Positions 13,460-23,017 of a DNA stretch of 64,000 nucleotides are shown here, piece by piece. A program made the translations under genes and the position numbers. Source of the stretch: an uncultured Verrucomicrobiae bacterium. GTDB lineage: Bacteria; Verrucomicrobiota; Verrucomicrobiia; Chthoniobacterales; JAFAMB01. The notes beneath the pieces were generated by a model. That model did not search any database. It was given only the letters and a program-made list of their open reading frames with translations, and had not been told where the DNA came from. Location of the stretch: NCBI GenBank assembly GCA_963813025.1, contig CAWEXO010000015.1, positions 1 to 64,000 on the forward strand, read 5' to 3'. The number at the start of each line of letters is the position of its first letter. The stretch's first letter is position 1.

Positions 13460-14050
13460 CGCGACGAGGATGAGCATTTTTCGTCCTCGAACTCGTCCTC
13501 GTTCTCGATCTTTAAACGAGCGCTCGCACTTCCTTCTTGGCTCCCTCGCATCGCCCCACCCACACCCTAAAATCGAGGACGAGTTCGAGGACGATGTGGT
13601 TGCGGCTACGCCGCGCTGTGATCCTGGCGATCTCTGGAAATCTATAGGACGCCATCAAGCGTTTCGTCGCGCGAGCGCTAGAGATCGTCTCAGAATGCCG
13701 CACTGTCCTGCGGCGATAGGGCGAAAATTTAGAGAATGTCTCGCAACATCCGCTGACCCACGACCGGTAGGGCGAAAATTCATTCGAGCGCCAGCGAGAA
13801 CTTGTTTGAGCCGTCTTGGAGGGGTGGCACACCCCTTATGTCCGGCTCAAACGAGTCCTCGCTAAGGCTCGGATAAATTTTGCCCTACTGGACCAGGGCC
13901 GAGGCCATGTTGCGAGACACTCTCTTTATCTGAGTCGGACGCTTGGGTGAGCCACCCGCTCCAGATGGCTCCGCCTTCGCCAAGGCTATGGCGGACACGT
14001 CAAACAAGTTCTCGCCTGGAGCTCGGCCCGCCACGGCGGATCGCCCTACC
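13460..14050. repeat. Intergenic cluster of several REP-like families
   Basis: TCGTCCTCGAACTCGTCCTCG and its inverse CGAGGACGAGTTCGAGGACGA; GTAGGGCGAAAATTCAT copies with inverse TTTTGCCCTAC; TCCGCCTTCGCCAAGGCTATGGCGGA hairpin. Confidence 0.75.
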
Positions 14051-14077
14051 GGCGCAGGACCAAAGACGCCTTGGGCG

Positions 14078-14560
14078 CTAAATCTGAATCAGGTCCTCGG
14101 CGTCGGCCGGCTGTTCTGCACTGACCTGCAGGACTGAATCAGTCATCCAGCAATCGCGCAACTCACCCTCTGTTTGCTTCGACAGAATGAAAACAAAACT
14201 GGACTCCAGACCTGATCTGGAGACCACTTTCGCCGTCACTTCGGCTCGATTCGCCTCGATTTTGGCCGACGCGATCGCAGTCGAGCGGGCATTCAGAAGA
14301 ACCGCGTAAGCGGGGCTTCGAACAATCTGCGCAAAATGCCCAAATGGTCCGGTCACCTCTTTGTTGGCGGGAGAAGCAAACCGAAAAACCTTGGCGATTC
14401 CGGTGTCTGGCGCCGGGTCGTCGTTGTGTTGAAGAGCCTCCAACTGATAACGAACGACGTCGGAGGGCGACAACCCTGGGGTCGGGGTCAGATCCGGCGC
14501 GGCTTGTGCTGTCCGGAGCGTGGCGGCAACGAGCGCCAGCACGAACCAGCCAATCTTCAT
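14078..14560 (-). CDS. Exported DUF4864-like protein
   Basis: Signal peptide; DVVRYQLEALQ...FRFASP...TGPFGHFAQIV...CWMTDSV pattern. Confidence 0.75.
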   Translation of the reverse strand: MKIGWFVLALVAATLRTAQAAPDLTPTPGLSPSDVVRYQLEALQHNDDPAPDTGIAKVFRFASPANKEVTGPFGHFAQIVRSPAYAVLLNARSTAIASAKIEANRAEVTAKVVSRSGLESSFVFILSKQTEGELRDCWMTDSVLQVSAEQPADAEDLIQI

Positions 14561-14664
14561 TCTTATAATGTTCGTCGAAGAACGGGCGAGCAGATGCATA
14601 GGGCCAAAAAGGTTGTGGTACGCATGCCGTGAGTGAATCGGGATATTGTGCGCTAAAGCCTGCC

Positions 14665-14681
14665 GTTACAAAATTGTAACA
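14665..14681 (+). promoter_or_regulatory. Putative Pho-box-like operator upstream of pstS
   Basis: GTTACA-AAATT-GTAACA, two half-sites with 11-bp period about 60 bp upstream of pstS. Confidence 0.55.
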
Positions 14682-14739
14682 ATCTCGCATTTGCCGGGTT
14701 GCCGTTCTTCGTCAAGGGAGAGAAGTCCACCTCGATATT

Positions 14740-15750
14740 ATGAGAACTACGTTACCTGGATTGCTATCACTTGGCTTGGTCTCCTTTGGCGCGTCTGCGT
14801 CGGCGACGACAACTCTTCAGGGAGCGGGCGCAACATTTCCCGCGCCGCTCTATCAACGGTGGATCGCCGAATTCACCAAGGCCAATCCTGACGTTCAAAT
14901 CAACTACCAGGGGATCGGCAGCGGCGCCGGCATCAAGAATTTTACCCAGGGACTGGTCGATTTCGGCGCAAGTGATGCGGCGATGACCGATGAGGAAATC
15001 GCAAAGGTCAAGCAGGGAGTCGTGCTCATCCCGGCCACCGCTGGGAGCGTCGTCCTTGCCTACAACCTTCCGGGCGTAACTGACCTGAAACTGACCCGCG
15101 CGGCGTACGCGGGAATTTTCCTGGGCAACATCAAAAAATGGACTGACCCCGAAATAACGAAGTCGAACCCCGGGGTAAAGTTGCCCAACATCGCGATCAC
15201 GCCTTGCCAACGTTCGGACGGAAGCGGGACAAACTTTGTTTTCACCCAGCACCTCAGTGCCATTAGCCCCGAGTTCAAAGACAAAGTCGGGAAAGGCACT
15301 ACGGTTACCTGGCCGATAGGCGTTGCCGGCAAAGGCAATGATGGTGTGACGGCGTTGGTGAAACAAACTCCGGGCGCCATCGGCTATGTCGAGTACGGGT
15401 ATGCCATTCAGAACAAATTGAGCTTTGCCGAACTGCAGAATAGAGCGGGCGAATTCGTGAAGGCGACGCCCGAATCGGGAGCGGCTACCCTGGCCACTAC
15501 GCAGTTTCCCCCGAATACCTTGCGTGCGTGGCCGGTCGATCCGGAGGGAAAGAGCGTTTATCCGATCGCGACCTTCACCTGGCTGCTGCTCTACAAGACG
15601 GGCAACGATAAACCCAAGCTCCCCTATCTAGAAAAATTTGTGACTTATGGTTTGACGGATGGCCAACAATTTGCCGACTCTCTCGGGTATATTCCCTTGC
15701 CGAAAGAGGTCGTTGATAAAGCATTGGCTGCGCTGAAGGAAGTGCAATAG
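14740..15750 (+). CDS. pstS: Phosphate ABC transporter substrate-binding protein
   Basis: GAGATFPAPLY, YQGIGSGAG, DFGASD, RSDGSGT. Confidence 0.97.
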   Translation: MRTTLPGLLSLGLVSFGASASATTTLQGAGATFPAPLYQRWIAEFTKANPDVQINYQGIGSGAGIKNFTQGLVDFGASDAAMTDEEIAKVKQGVVLIPATAGSVVLAYNLPGVTDLKLTRAAYAGIFLGNIKKWTDPEITKSNPGVKLPNIAITPCQRSDGSGTNFVFTQHLSAISPEFKDKVGKGTTVTWPIGVAGKGNDGVTALVKQTPGAIGYVEYGYAIQNKLSFAELQNRAGEFVKATPESGAATLATTQFPPNTLRAWPVDPEGKSVYPIATFTWLLLYKTGNDKPKLPYLEKFVTYGLTDGQQFADSLGYIPLPKEVVDKALAALKEVQ

Positions 15751-15763
15751 ATCGGCCGCTTCC

Positions 15764-16723
15764 ATGGCTCAAGACACTGCATTAGAGACTCCAAAGGCTG
15801 ATTTGCGGCGTCGGGGTCGGCGCGTCGACATGTTGCTGGTTCTGACCTGGGTGGCAGCGGTCGCAACCATTGTCACCCTGCTCTGGATTGTGGGCAGTAT
15901 CGCGCTGCAAGCATGGCCGGCGATCCAAAAGGCTGGGCCGAGCTTCTTCTACAGTTCAGTCTGGAATTCAAACCGGCAACAGTTTGGGGCTTTCCCTTTC
16001 ATCATAGGAACGGCCTTCAGTTCATTGATCGCGCTCTGCATTGCTTTGCCTCTCGGGGTCGCCATAGCGATTTTTCTGAGCGAAAACTTCCTGCCGGTCC
16101 CTATTCGCCAGACGATCCGATTTGTGGTTGAGCTGTTGGCGGCGATTCCGAGCGTCGTTTACGGGCTCTGGGGCATCGCGGTGGTTATTCCACTCGTGCA
16201 GCAGTACGGGGGGTACTTGGCCGACACTCTGGGCTTCCTCCCATTCTTTGAAGGCCCCGCCTACGGCAATAGCCTGCTGACGGCCAGTCTAGTGCTGGCG
16301 TTGATGGTCTTACCGACTATTACGGCGATTTCCCGAACCACGCTGGTCGCGATACCGAAGTCGCTGCGCGAAGGATCGTATGCGGTTGGGGCTACCCGTT
16401 GGGAAGCGATTTTCGGAGTTTTGCTGCCAACCGCGGCGCCCGGCATTGTGGCTGCCACGATCCTCGCGTTCGGCCGCGCCATGGGTGAGACGATGGCTGT
16501 GGCCATGCTCATCGGCAACAGCCCACGGCTGAGCTGGTCTCTTTTATCGCCGAGTGGCACCCTGGCGGCTCTCCTGGCCAATCAATTTCCCGAAGCGTCC
16601 GGAATTCAGGTGAGCGCCCTGATGTATGCCGCCTTGAGCCTGGTGCTCCTGACGCTCTTAGTGAATGTCGCTGGTGAGGCAATCCTGCGTCGCGCACAAA
16701 AAGCAACGGCGGGAATCCGTTAA
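15764..16723 (+). CDS. pstC: Phosphate ABC transporter permease
   Basis: VELLAAIPSVVYGLWG, GRAMGETMAV. Confidence 0.96.
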   Translation: MAQDTALETPKADLRRRGRRVDMLLVLTWVAAVATIVTLLWIVGSIALQAWPAIQKAGPSFFYSSVWNSNRQQFGAFPFIIGTAFSSLIALCIALPLGVAIAIFLSENFLPVPIRQTIRFVVELLAAIPSVVYGLWGIAVVIPLVQQYGGYLADTLGFLPFFEGPAYGNSLLTASLVLALMVLPTITAISRTTLVAIPKSLREGSYAVGATRWEAIFGVLLPTAAPGIVAATILAFGRAMGETMAVAMLIGNSPRLSWSLLSPSGTLAALLANQFPEASGIQVSALMYAALSLVLLTLLVNVAGEAILRRAQKATAGIR

Positions 16724-16726
16724 CCG

Positions 16727-17626
16727 ATGAGCACTGAGAATTTGACGCCTCCCGCGATCTCCCCTTCGCCGCTGAAGGCGAGCGCTGTCCGGGATCGCCG
16801 CCGCATCTTTGCAAATCGGGTTCTCAGCGTCCTCTGCAGTAGTGTGTCGTTCCTGAGCCTGATCCCACTTTTCTCGATTGTTTACCTGGTGTTCCGGAAT
16901 GGCTTGCCCTTGCTCCGGCTAAGTGTTTTTACCGGGCTACCACCGGCCCCAGGTTTGGAGGGCGGCGGGTTCGGGAACGCGATCCAGGGCACCTTGATCA
17001 TGGTTCTCATCGCGCTGATCATCGCGACGCCGCTCGGGATTCTGTCGGCGATCTATATTTGCGAATACAGCCGTCGCTCCCGGCTCTCGAGCACGGTTCG
17101 TTTCTTCGCTAAACTTCTGACTGGGATACCGTCAATCATCTGTGGCGTTTTCGCTTTCGCGGTTGTGGTCGTCACGACTGGCGGTTTTTCAGCTTTCGCA
17201 GGCGGTGTCGCGCTCTCGGTGCTTACGCTGCCCACGATCTTGCTGACCTCGGAACAGGCACTGCTTAGCGTTCCTCAGGCGTTGCGGGAAGCCTCTTACG
17301 GTATCGGCGCCACTAAATTCCAGACAATCGTCCGGGTGGTTTTTCCGGAAGCTCTCCCGGCGATTATGACGGGGCTGATGCTGGCGGTGGCCCGAGCCGC
17401 CGGCGAGACGGCGCCCGTGCTTTTCACCGCGTTGTTCAGCCAGTACTGGCTGAAGTCGCTTATGCAGCCGGCCGCTTCACTTTCGGTTTTGATCTACAAC
17501 TTTTCGACCCTGCCATACCCCTATCAGATCCAGATGGCGTGGACCGCTTCGCTGGTGTTGGTCGTGCTCGTAACCATCACCAACGTGGTTGCTCAGGTAA
17601 TTTTCCGGCAAAGGCACAGCAGCTGA
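16727..17626 (+). CDS. pstA: Phosphate ABC transporter permease
   Basis: GGFGNAIQGT, GIPSII, ARAAGETAP. Confidence 0.96.
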   Translation: MSTENLTPPAISPSPLKASAVRDRRRIFANRVLSVLCSSVSFLSLIPLFSIVYLVFRNGLPLLRLSVFTGLPPAPGLEGGGFGNAIQGTLIMVLIALIIATPLGILSAIYICEYSRRSRLSSTVRFFAKLLTGIPSIICGVFAFAVVVVTTGGFSAFAGGVALSVLTLPTILLTSEQALLSVPQALREASYGIGATKFQTIVRVVFPEALPAIMTGLMLAVARAAGETAPVLFTALFSQYWLKSLMQPAASLSVLIYNFSTLPYPYQIQMAWTASLVLVVLVTITNVVAQVIFRQRHSS

Positions 17627-17644
17627 TCAGCTGAATCAACTTAT

Positions 17645-17847
17645 CAGTCAATCGAGCGGCGGAAGCGGCGGGAGCGGTTTCAGCGGAGGGAGGTAGCGCG
17701 AGAGCTGAGAAGCTAATAACTCGATCGGGTCCGTTGCGATAAGGAAACCGTCGATCGCTCTATACACGACCTCCTGACAACTGTGGGCTGGTCAACTACC
17801 TCCCTCCGCTGAAACCGCTCCCGCCGCCCCCGCCGCTCGATTGACTG
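17645..17847. repeat. MITE-like element with 52-bp near-perfect inverted arms between convergent pstA and fadL
   Basis: 17645-17696 is the reverse complement of 17796-17847 apart from 2 mismatches. Confidence 0.9.
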
Positions 17848-17878
17848 TTACCTCCCAAGCTATTCAGCTGCGATCAGC

Positions 17879-19435
17879 TCACTTCATGTATTGCTTACCG
17901 GCCGCCTTCCCCTCAGTGGTTGGTGGCGCGACCTGCTCGCGAGGACCACCCCAGGAATAGGTTATCGAAGCGCTCACGATATCAACGCTGGCGTCAAAAA
18001 CACCGCGCAAATTGTGCAGCGGCACTCCGCCGACATTGTCGGTGATATTCACTGTTGGATCGTTGACAAAGAGATGTTGGTAGCCAAAGTCAAACGCCAG
18101 GTCGCGGGTCGGCTTCCACTGGAACCCAGTCGCCACTACGTAACGGTCATTGTCCGGTATCCGCGGATCCCGGAATGTGGAGTTCTTAATCGGTGTTTCG
18201 TCGTACGCAAAACCGAGCCGAAAAGTGAAGTACCGGTTGAAATACCACTCAAAGCCAATCGAATAACGAATCGCGTCGTCATAGCCGAGATTCAGCGCTT
18301 GCCCAGGCGTGGTCGGATTCGAAAAAGTGATCGGCACAGACTGCAGCCGGCCCCACCGGGTCCAGTTGATATCGCCCCTCAGAGCGAATTTTTGCAGAAA
18401 ACGCTGGTAGACGCTGAAGTGGTAAATCTCGGGTAAATCCAATCGGGCAGTTGCGCTCTGGGTAAAAAAGGTGTTCTGCAGGGCATTCGGTTCTGGAAAT
18501 TGGAGAATAGCTGGCAACCCGGCGGCGGATAGGGCGGGAACGCCACGAAACTCCGCTGTTCCATCCAGGTTATGGGTGATCCCGGAGCGGTAACTGATAC
18601 CGAATCGGCCATCCTGGAGAAAGCTGTTCTCGCTGCCTTTCAGATATTCGAAGATGCCACCCACGGTGAAACCTACCTCCCAGTCATCCCCGTGGAGTTC
18701 GGTAACACCATCTCTCCCCTGCGGCACAAATCCGGCGTTCGCGTAGGCGTTCTCCACCGCAGCGCGGAACGGGAGCGGCACATTCGGGAAAAAGGTAGTC
18801 GCGAGGACTTGTCCGCCGATCGCGCCGTAGTCCACCGCCTGACTCAACCGCGCTGAGGCGTATTGAATGTCCAGGCTCGCGCCCAACGAAAGCCTATCCC
18901 AGAGCCGATAAGCAATGGTCGGCTGGATATCGAACGTCGACAATTTGGTCCGCAAGGCGAAATAGCGGCCAACCCAGCCGGGGGAATAGTCGGTCTCCAG
19001 ACCGAAAGGCACGCTCAACCCCACACCAACCGCTAGATCGCCGTATTGCGGACTACGAAAGATCGGCTGAGAAAAATAAAAGTTTGGGATCACATGGTAA
19101 ACCGGGCTGTTGCCGGAGTTGCCTCCGCTGAGCGGCTCGCCGAAGAAAAGTCCGGGTGCCGCAATCCGCGATCCTTGGTTATGGAATTGCGCGGAGGGCA
19201 GAATCCCCTGTGCAGCGACCTGCACTTCTCCACGGTCGAGCACGACAATTCCGGCCGGGTTGAAAAATATAGTCGACACGTCCTCGGCGGAAGCCGCTCC
19301 ACCGGCATAGGCCGTACCCATGCCGCTGACGCTCTGTTCGTTGATTGCGAAACTACCAGCCAAAGCAACGGAACCCGTTCCGCCGCAGCCCAAGGCGATC
19401 GCCAAAACTAAGGGACCAATTCCTGATGTCCTCAT
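17879..19435 (-). CDS. fadL: Long-chain fatty acid outer-membrane transporter (FadL/OmpP1 family)
   Basis: Signal peptide, EQSVSGMGTAYAG, IFFNPAG, VPFGLETDY, RIPDNDR. Confidence 0.93.
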   Translation of the reverse strand: MRTSGIGPLVLAIALGCGGTGSVALAGSFAINEQSVSGMGTAYAGGAASAEDVSTIFFNPAGIVVLDRGEVQVAAQGILPSAQFHNQGSRIAAPGLFFGEPLSGGNSGNSPVYHVIPNFYFSQPIFRSPQYGDLAVGVGLSVPFGLETDYSPGWVGRYFALRTKLSTFDIQPTIAYRLWDRLSLGASLDIQYASARLSQAVDYGAIGGQVLATTFFPNVPLPFRAAVENAYANAGFVPQGRDGVTELHGDDWEVGFTVGGIFEYLKGSENSFLQDGRFGISYRSGITHNLDGTAEFRGVPALSAAGLPAILQFPEPNALQNTFFTQSATARLDLPEIYHFSVYQRFLQKFALRGDINWTRWGRLQSVPITFSNPTTPGQALNLGYDDAIRYSIGFEWYFNRYFTFRLGFAYDETPIKNSTFRDPRIPDNDRYVVATGFQWKPTRDLAFDFGYQHLFVNDPTVNITDNVGGVPLHNLRGVFDASVDIVSASITYSWGGPREQVAPPTTEGKAAGKQYMK

Positions 19436-19602
19436 AACATTGGGCAAGAGAGTGGTTAAGAACTGTCGCGAGGCTAACGAATCGGCTAGACGAAGACAAC
19501 AGATATTGCGCAAATGGTCCGCTCAGAGGAAATTACTTCTTAGAATTTTGAAAAACAGTTTACCCGGTTTACCTAACCTTTTTTTGCCGTCGTCCCTCGC
19601 TC

Positions 19603-21453
19603 ATGAGTCGATCCGCTCCGCCAAATCCCCCTTTGAGAGTGTTCGATCTGATCCGGTATCAACAGGAAAGCTTTCCCAAACCCGACGCGCTGGCATCCAA
19701 AATAAATGGAGTTTGGAAGAAATACTCTACCCAGGAGCTTGTTCAGATCGTTGACGAACTCGCTTGGGGGCTTCACCTCGCCGGATTGCGTCAAGGAGAC
19801 CGCGTTGCCAACATCACCGAAACGAATCGTCCGGAGTGGAATTTTATCGATCTGGCCGTGATGAGCGTCGGCGCGATTCATGTTCCCATTTATCCGAACA
19901 TCGCCGCCGAAGAGATCAGTTTCATCCTGAAAGACTGCGAGCCGAAGATGATCTTCGTTTCCAGTGCACGTTTGGAGAAATTGATTGGCGCGGTGGCCGC
20001 TCTGCTGCCTGAGCCGCTTGCCATCTATTCTTACGAGGAAACGCACCTTTCCTGGCAGACACTTCGGCGGAACGGAAGCGCGACGCTGAACAGCGCAGCG
20101 CGAGAGCAACTCGGGGCCCTGCGCACCGCGGTACGGCCAGAAGATGTGGCGACTCTGATTTACACTTCCGGCACCACCGGAACTCCCAAAGGGGTGATGC
20201 TTTCGCATGAAAATTTGATGACCAACTGCGCCGCTTCTTGCGAGATCATCCAAAGCGGGCCGGAAGAACGCGCCCTGTCCTTTCTCCCGCTTTGTCACAT
20301 TTACGAACGTACGATCGTGAACATCTATCTACGCTCGGGTACCTCGATCTATTACGCGGAGAACCTGAATACGATCGGAGAAAATCTGCGCGAGATTCGT
20401 CCCCACGTCTTCACGACGGTCCCCCGGCTGCTGGAAAAAATTTATGAGCGCATTGTCGATCGCGGTGAGCAGCTGAAAGGATGGCGGCGCTCAGTATTTT
20501 TCTGGGCTCTCCGCCTGGCCGCCGATTTCGATCCGGACCGGGTTTCTCCACAGAAGCGAATCCAGCTTGCCATTGCCGATCGCCTGGTCTTTGGCCAATG
20601 GCGGAAGGCTCTCGGCGGACGGATTCGCGCGATTGTCTCGGGTTCGGCCGCCCTGCGGCCGCGGCTGGCCCGCGTGTTCTGGGCGGCTCGCATGCAGGTG
20701 TACGAAGGGTATGGTCCGACGGAAGCGAGCCCGGTGATCAGCGTCAACCAACCATTTGCTGGTTGTCATCGCATCGGCACCGTTGGACCGGTTATTCCGG
20801 GTGGCGAGGTCAAGCTCGCCGAAGACGGCGAGATCCTTTATCGGGGTCCCAACGTCATGCTGGGCTACTACCATCGACCGGATCTCACGGCTGAAGCCAT
20901 CGATGCACAAGGCTGGCTGCACACCGGCGATATCGGAGAGTTTGAGGGGAAATTTCTCCGGATAACGGATAGGAAAAAAGAGATATTCAAGACCTCCGGG
21001 GGCAAGTACATCGCTCCCCAGCAAATTGAGAACAAACTCAAGGAATCAGAGTTCGTCAGCCAAGCGATGGTCGTCGGTGAGAATCACAAATTTCCCACTG
21101 CTCTGATCGTACCTTCGCTGGAACGTGTAAACGAATATTTCCGCTCGCGCGGCATCTCCTTTGCCTCGGTTGAAGAGCTCGTCGCGAATAGCGAAGTGCG
21201 CGCTCTATTTGCCGCCGAGGTGAACCGCCTGAACGGCGATCTGGGGCGCTTTGCGCAGGTAAAGAAGTTCGCTCTCCTGCCCCAGGAATGGACCATCGAC
21301 AGCGGAGAATTGACTCCCACGCTAAAGCTCAAGCGCAAAGTGCTTCTCGACAAATTCAGCCAACAGATCGCGCAACTTTATGCCGGTGAAGAGCGCGCCG
21401 CGGAGGTACTTTCTGAGTTGCGAGTCCCGGGTGACGAGTCCCGGGTGGCCTAG
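19603..21453 (+). CDS. fadD: Long-chain fatty acid--CoA ligase
   Basis: IYTSGTTGTPKG, EGYGPTE, WLHTGDIG, ITDRKKEIFKTSGGKYIAP. Confidence 0.93.
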   Translation: MSRSAPPNPPLRVFDLIRYQQESFPKPDALASKINGVWKKYSTQELVQIVDELAWGLHLAGLRQGDRVANITETNRPEWNFIDLAVMSVGAIHVPIYPNIAAEEISFILKDCEPKMIFVSSARLEKLIGAVAALLPEPLAIYSYEETHLSWQTLRRNGSATLNSAAREQLGALRTAVRPEDVATLIYTSGTTGTPKGVMLSHENLMTNCAASCEIIQSGPEERALSFLPLCHIYERTIVNIYLRSGTSIYYAENLNTIGENLREIRPHVFTTVPRLLEKIYERIVDRGEQLKGWRRSVFFWALRLAADFDPDRVSPQKRIQLAIADRLVFGQWRKALGGRIRAIVSGSAALRPRLARVFWAARMQVYEGYGPTEASPVISVNQPFAGCHRIGTVGPVIPGGEVKLAEDGEILYRGPNVMLGYYHRPDLTAEAIDAQGWLHTGDIGEFEGKFLRITDRKKEIFKTSGGKYIAPQQIENKLKESEFVSQAMVVGENHKFPTALIVPSLERVNEYFRSRGISFASVEELVANSEVRALFAAEVNRLNGDLGRFAQVKKFALLPQEWTIDSGELTPTLKLKRKVLLDKFSQQIAQLYAGEERAAEVLSELRVPGDESRVA

Positions 21454-21614
21454 CGCGGACGGCCTCCGGTCTGTCGGACTTTGGGCAATTCAGAGACTGT
21501 CTCGCGTCCCAGAATCGGTAGGGCGAGAATTCATCTGAGCGAAGCCCGTGCGTCAGGCTTCAATGCGCGGCTGCTCATTTTGAACAGAATTACGGACGAG
21601 GCCGTCCGCGCTAC
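21451..21614. repeat. REP doublet downstream of fadD
   Basis: TAGCGCGGACGGCCTC (21451) and inverse CGGACGAGGCCGTCCGCGCTAC (21593-21614), enclosing GTAGGGCGAGAATTCAT. Confidence 0.8.
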
Positions 21615-21713
21615 GTCCCTCCGCTCAAGATAGGCCGTCCCGGGCGGTTGCGGCTGCGCTGTGCTGGCGTAGGTTTACTTTCATTTCGTGTCTTACCAGA
21701 CACGCCCCTTTTT

Positions 21714-23004
21714 ATGAAGGAAAACATTTATATTGTTGATGGTGTCCGAACCCCGTTTGCCAAGGCTGGGACCGCCTTTACCGATGTTGAGGCCGTTGAG
21801 CTCGGAAAGACCGCCCTGAGCATGCTTCTCGCCCAGACGGGCATAGATTCCGCCAAGATCGAGGAAGTGATCCTCGGATGTGTTGGGCAACCAGCCGATG
21901 CCGCGAATGTCGCGCGGGTCGTCGCTCTCCGTGCCGGTGTTCCAGAGTCGGTGCCGGCGATCACGGTACACCGTAATTGTGCGTCTGGATTTGAAGCCGT
22001 GACTCAGGCCGCCGAAAAGATGGTCGCCGGACGAGGAGACGTGTTCGTGGTCGGCGGCGTGGAAAACATGTCGCAAATTCCGCTTTTCTACGAATACGAA
22101 ACAGCGAAGAAGTTTAACGCGCTGACTCGCGCGAAAAGCTGGACGCAAAAACTTGGTATAGTCGCCTCGCTGCGACCTTCTGATTTCCGCCCGCGGATTG
22201 GTCTTCAGCTGGGACTATCGGACCCGATCAGCGGTTTCAACATGGGGCAGACCGCCGAAAATCTCAGCCGCGATTTCAGTATCGGGCGGGAGGCGCAAGA
22301 CCAATTTGCGCTCCGTTCCCATCATAGAGCAGTCGCGGCGCGGGAAAAGCTCAAGGAGGAGATCACTCCGGTCTATCTTCCAAAATCGCGCGACGGAAAA
22401 CCGTACCTGGACCAGGATAATGGGCCCCGGGAAAATCAGAGTATGGAAGCGTCTCGCGAAATTGAAACCGGTATTCGAACCGCGCACCGGCACCGTGACT
22501 GCCGGTAATTCTTCCCAGATTACTGACGGCGCGGCCGCGTTGCTGTTAATGACCGAGAAGGCGCTGCGCGAATCGGGCTTAACGCCGCTCGGCCGGTTGG
22601 TGGGTTATGCGTACGCGGGACTTGACCCGTCGCGAATGGGTCTCGGACCGGTCTACGCGATTCACCGGGCGGAGCAACGGGTTGGCTGGGGTCTCAAAGA
22701 CGCTGAGCTTATCGAGATCAATGAAGCATTTGCCGCCCAGGTCCTTGCTTGCCAGATCGCCGCGAAATCCGCTGACTATTGCCGTGAGCATCTCGGACGC
22801 GATACCGCGCTCGGAGAAATCCCGGACGAGATTCTCAATGTAAATGGAGGAGCGATTGCTCTTGGTCATCCCGTCGGAGTTACCGGTTCACGTCTGGTGT
22901 TGACCGCGCTCAAAGAACTTCATCGGCGGAAGGCTGAGCGCGCGCTCGTCTCGCTGTGTGTGGGTGGTGGTCAGGGCGGCGCTTTGTGGCTCAGCCGAAG
23001 CTAA
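21714..23004 (+). CDS. fadA: Acetyl-CoA C-acyltransferase (thiolase), frameshift near 22455
   Basis: GVRTPF and NCASG in the first frame; GNSSQITDGAA, INEAFA, GHPVG, CVGGGQG in the second. Confidence 0.9.
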
Positions 23005-23017
23005 AGGAAACAATCAA

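Noticed and set aside
13375..13865. Acidic ENEDEFEDE peptides in ORFs on both strands
   Set aside because: They are translations of the GACGAG/CTCGTC repeat element, not protein sequence
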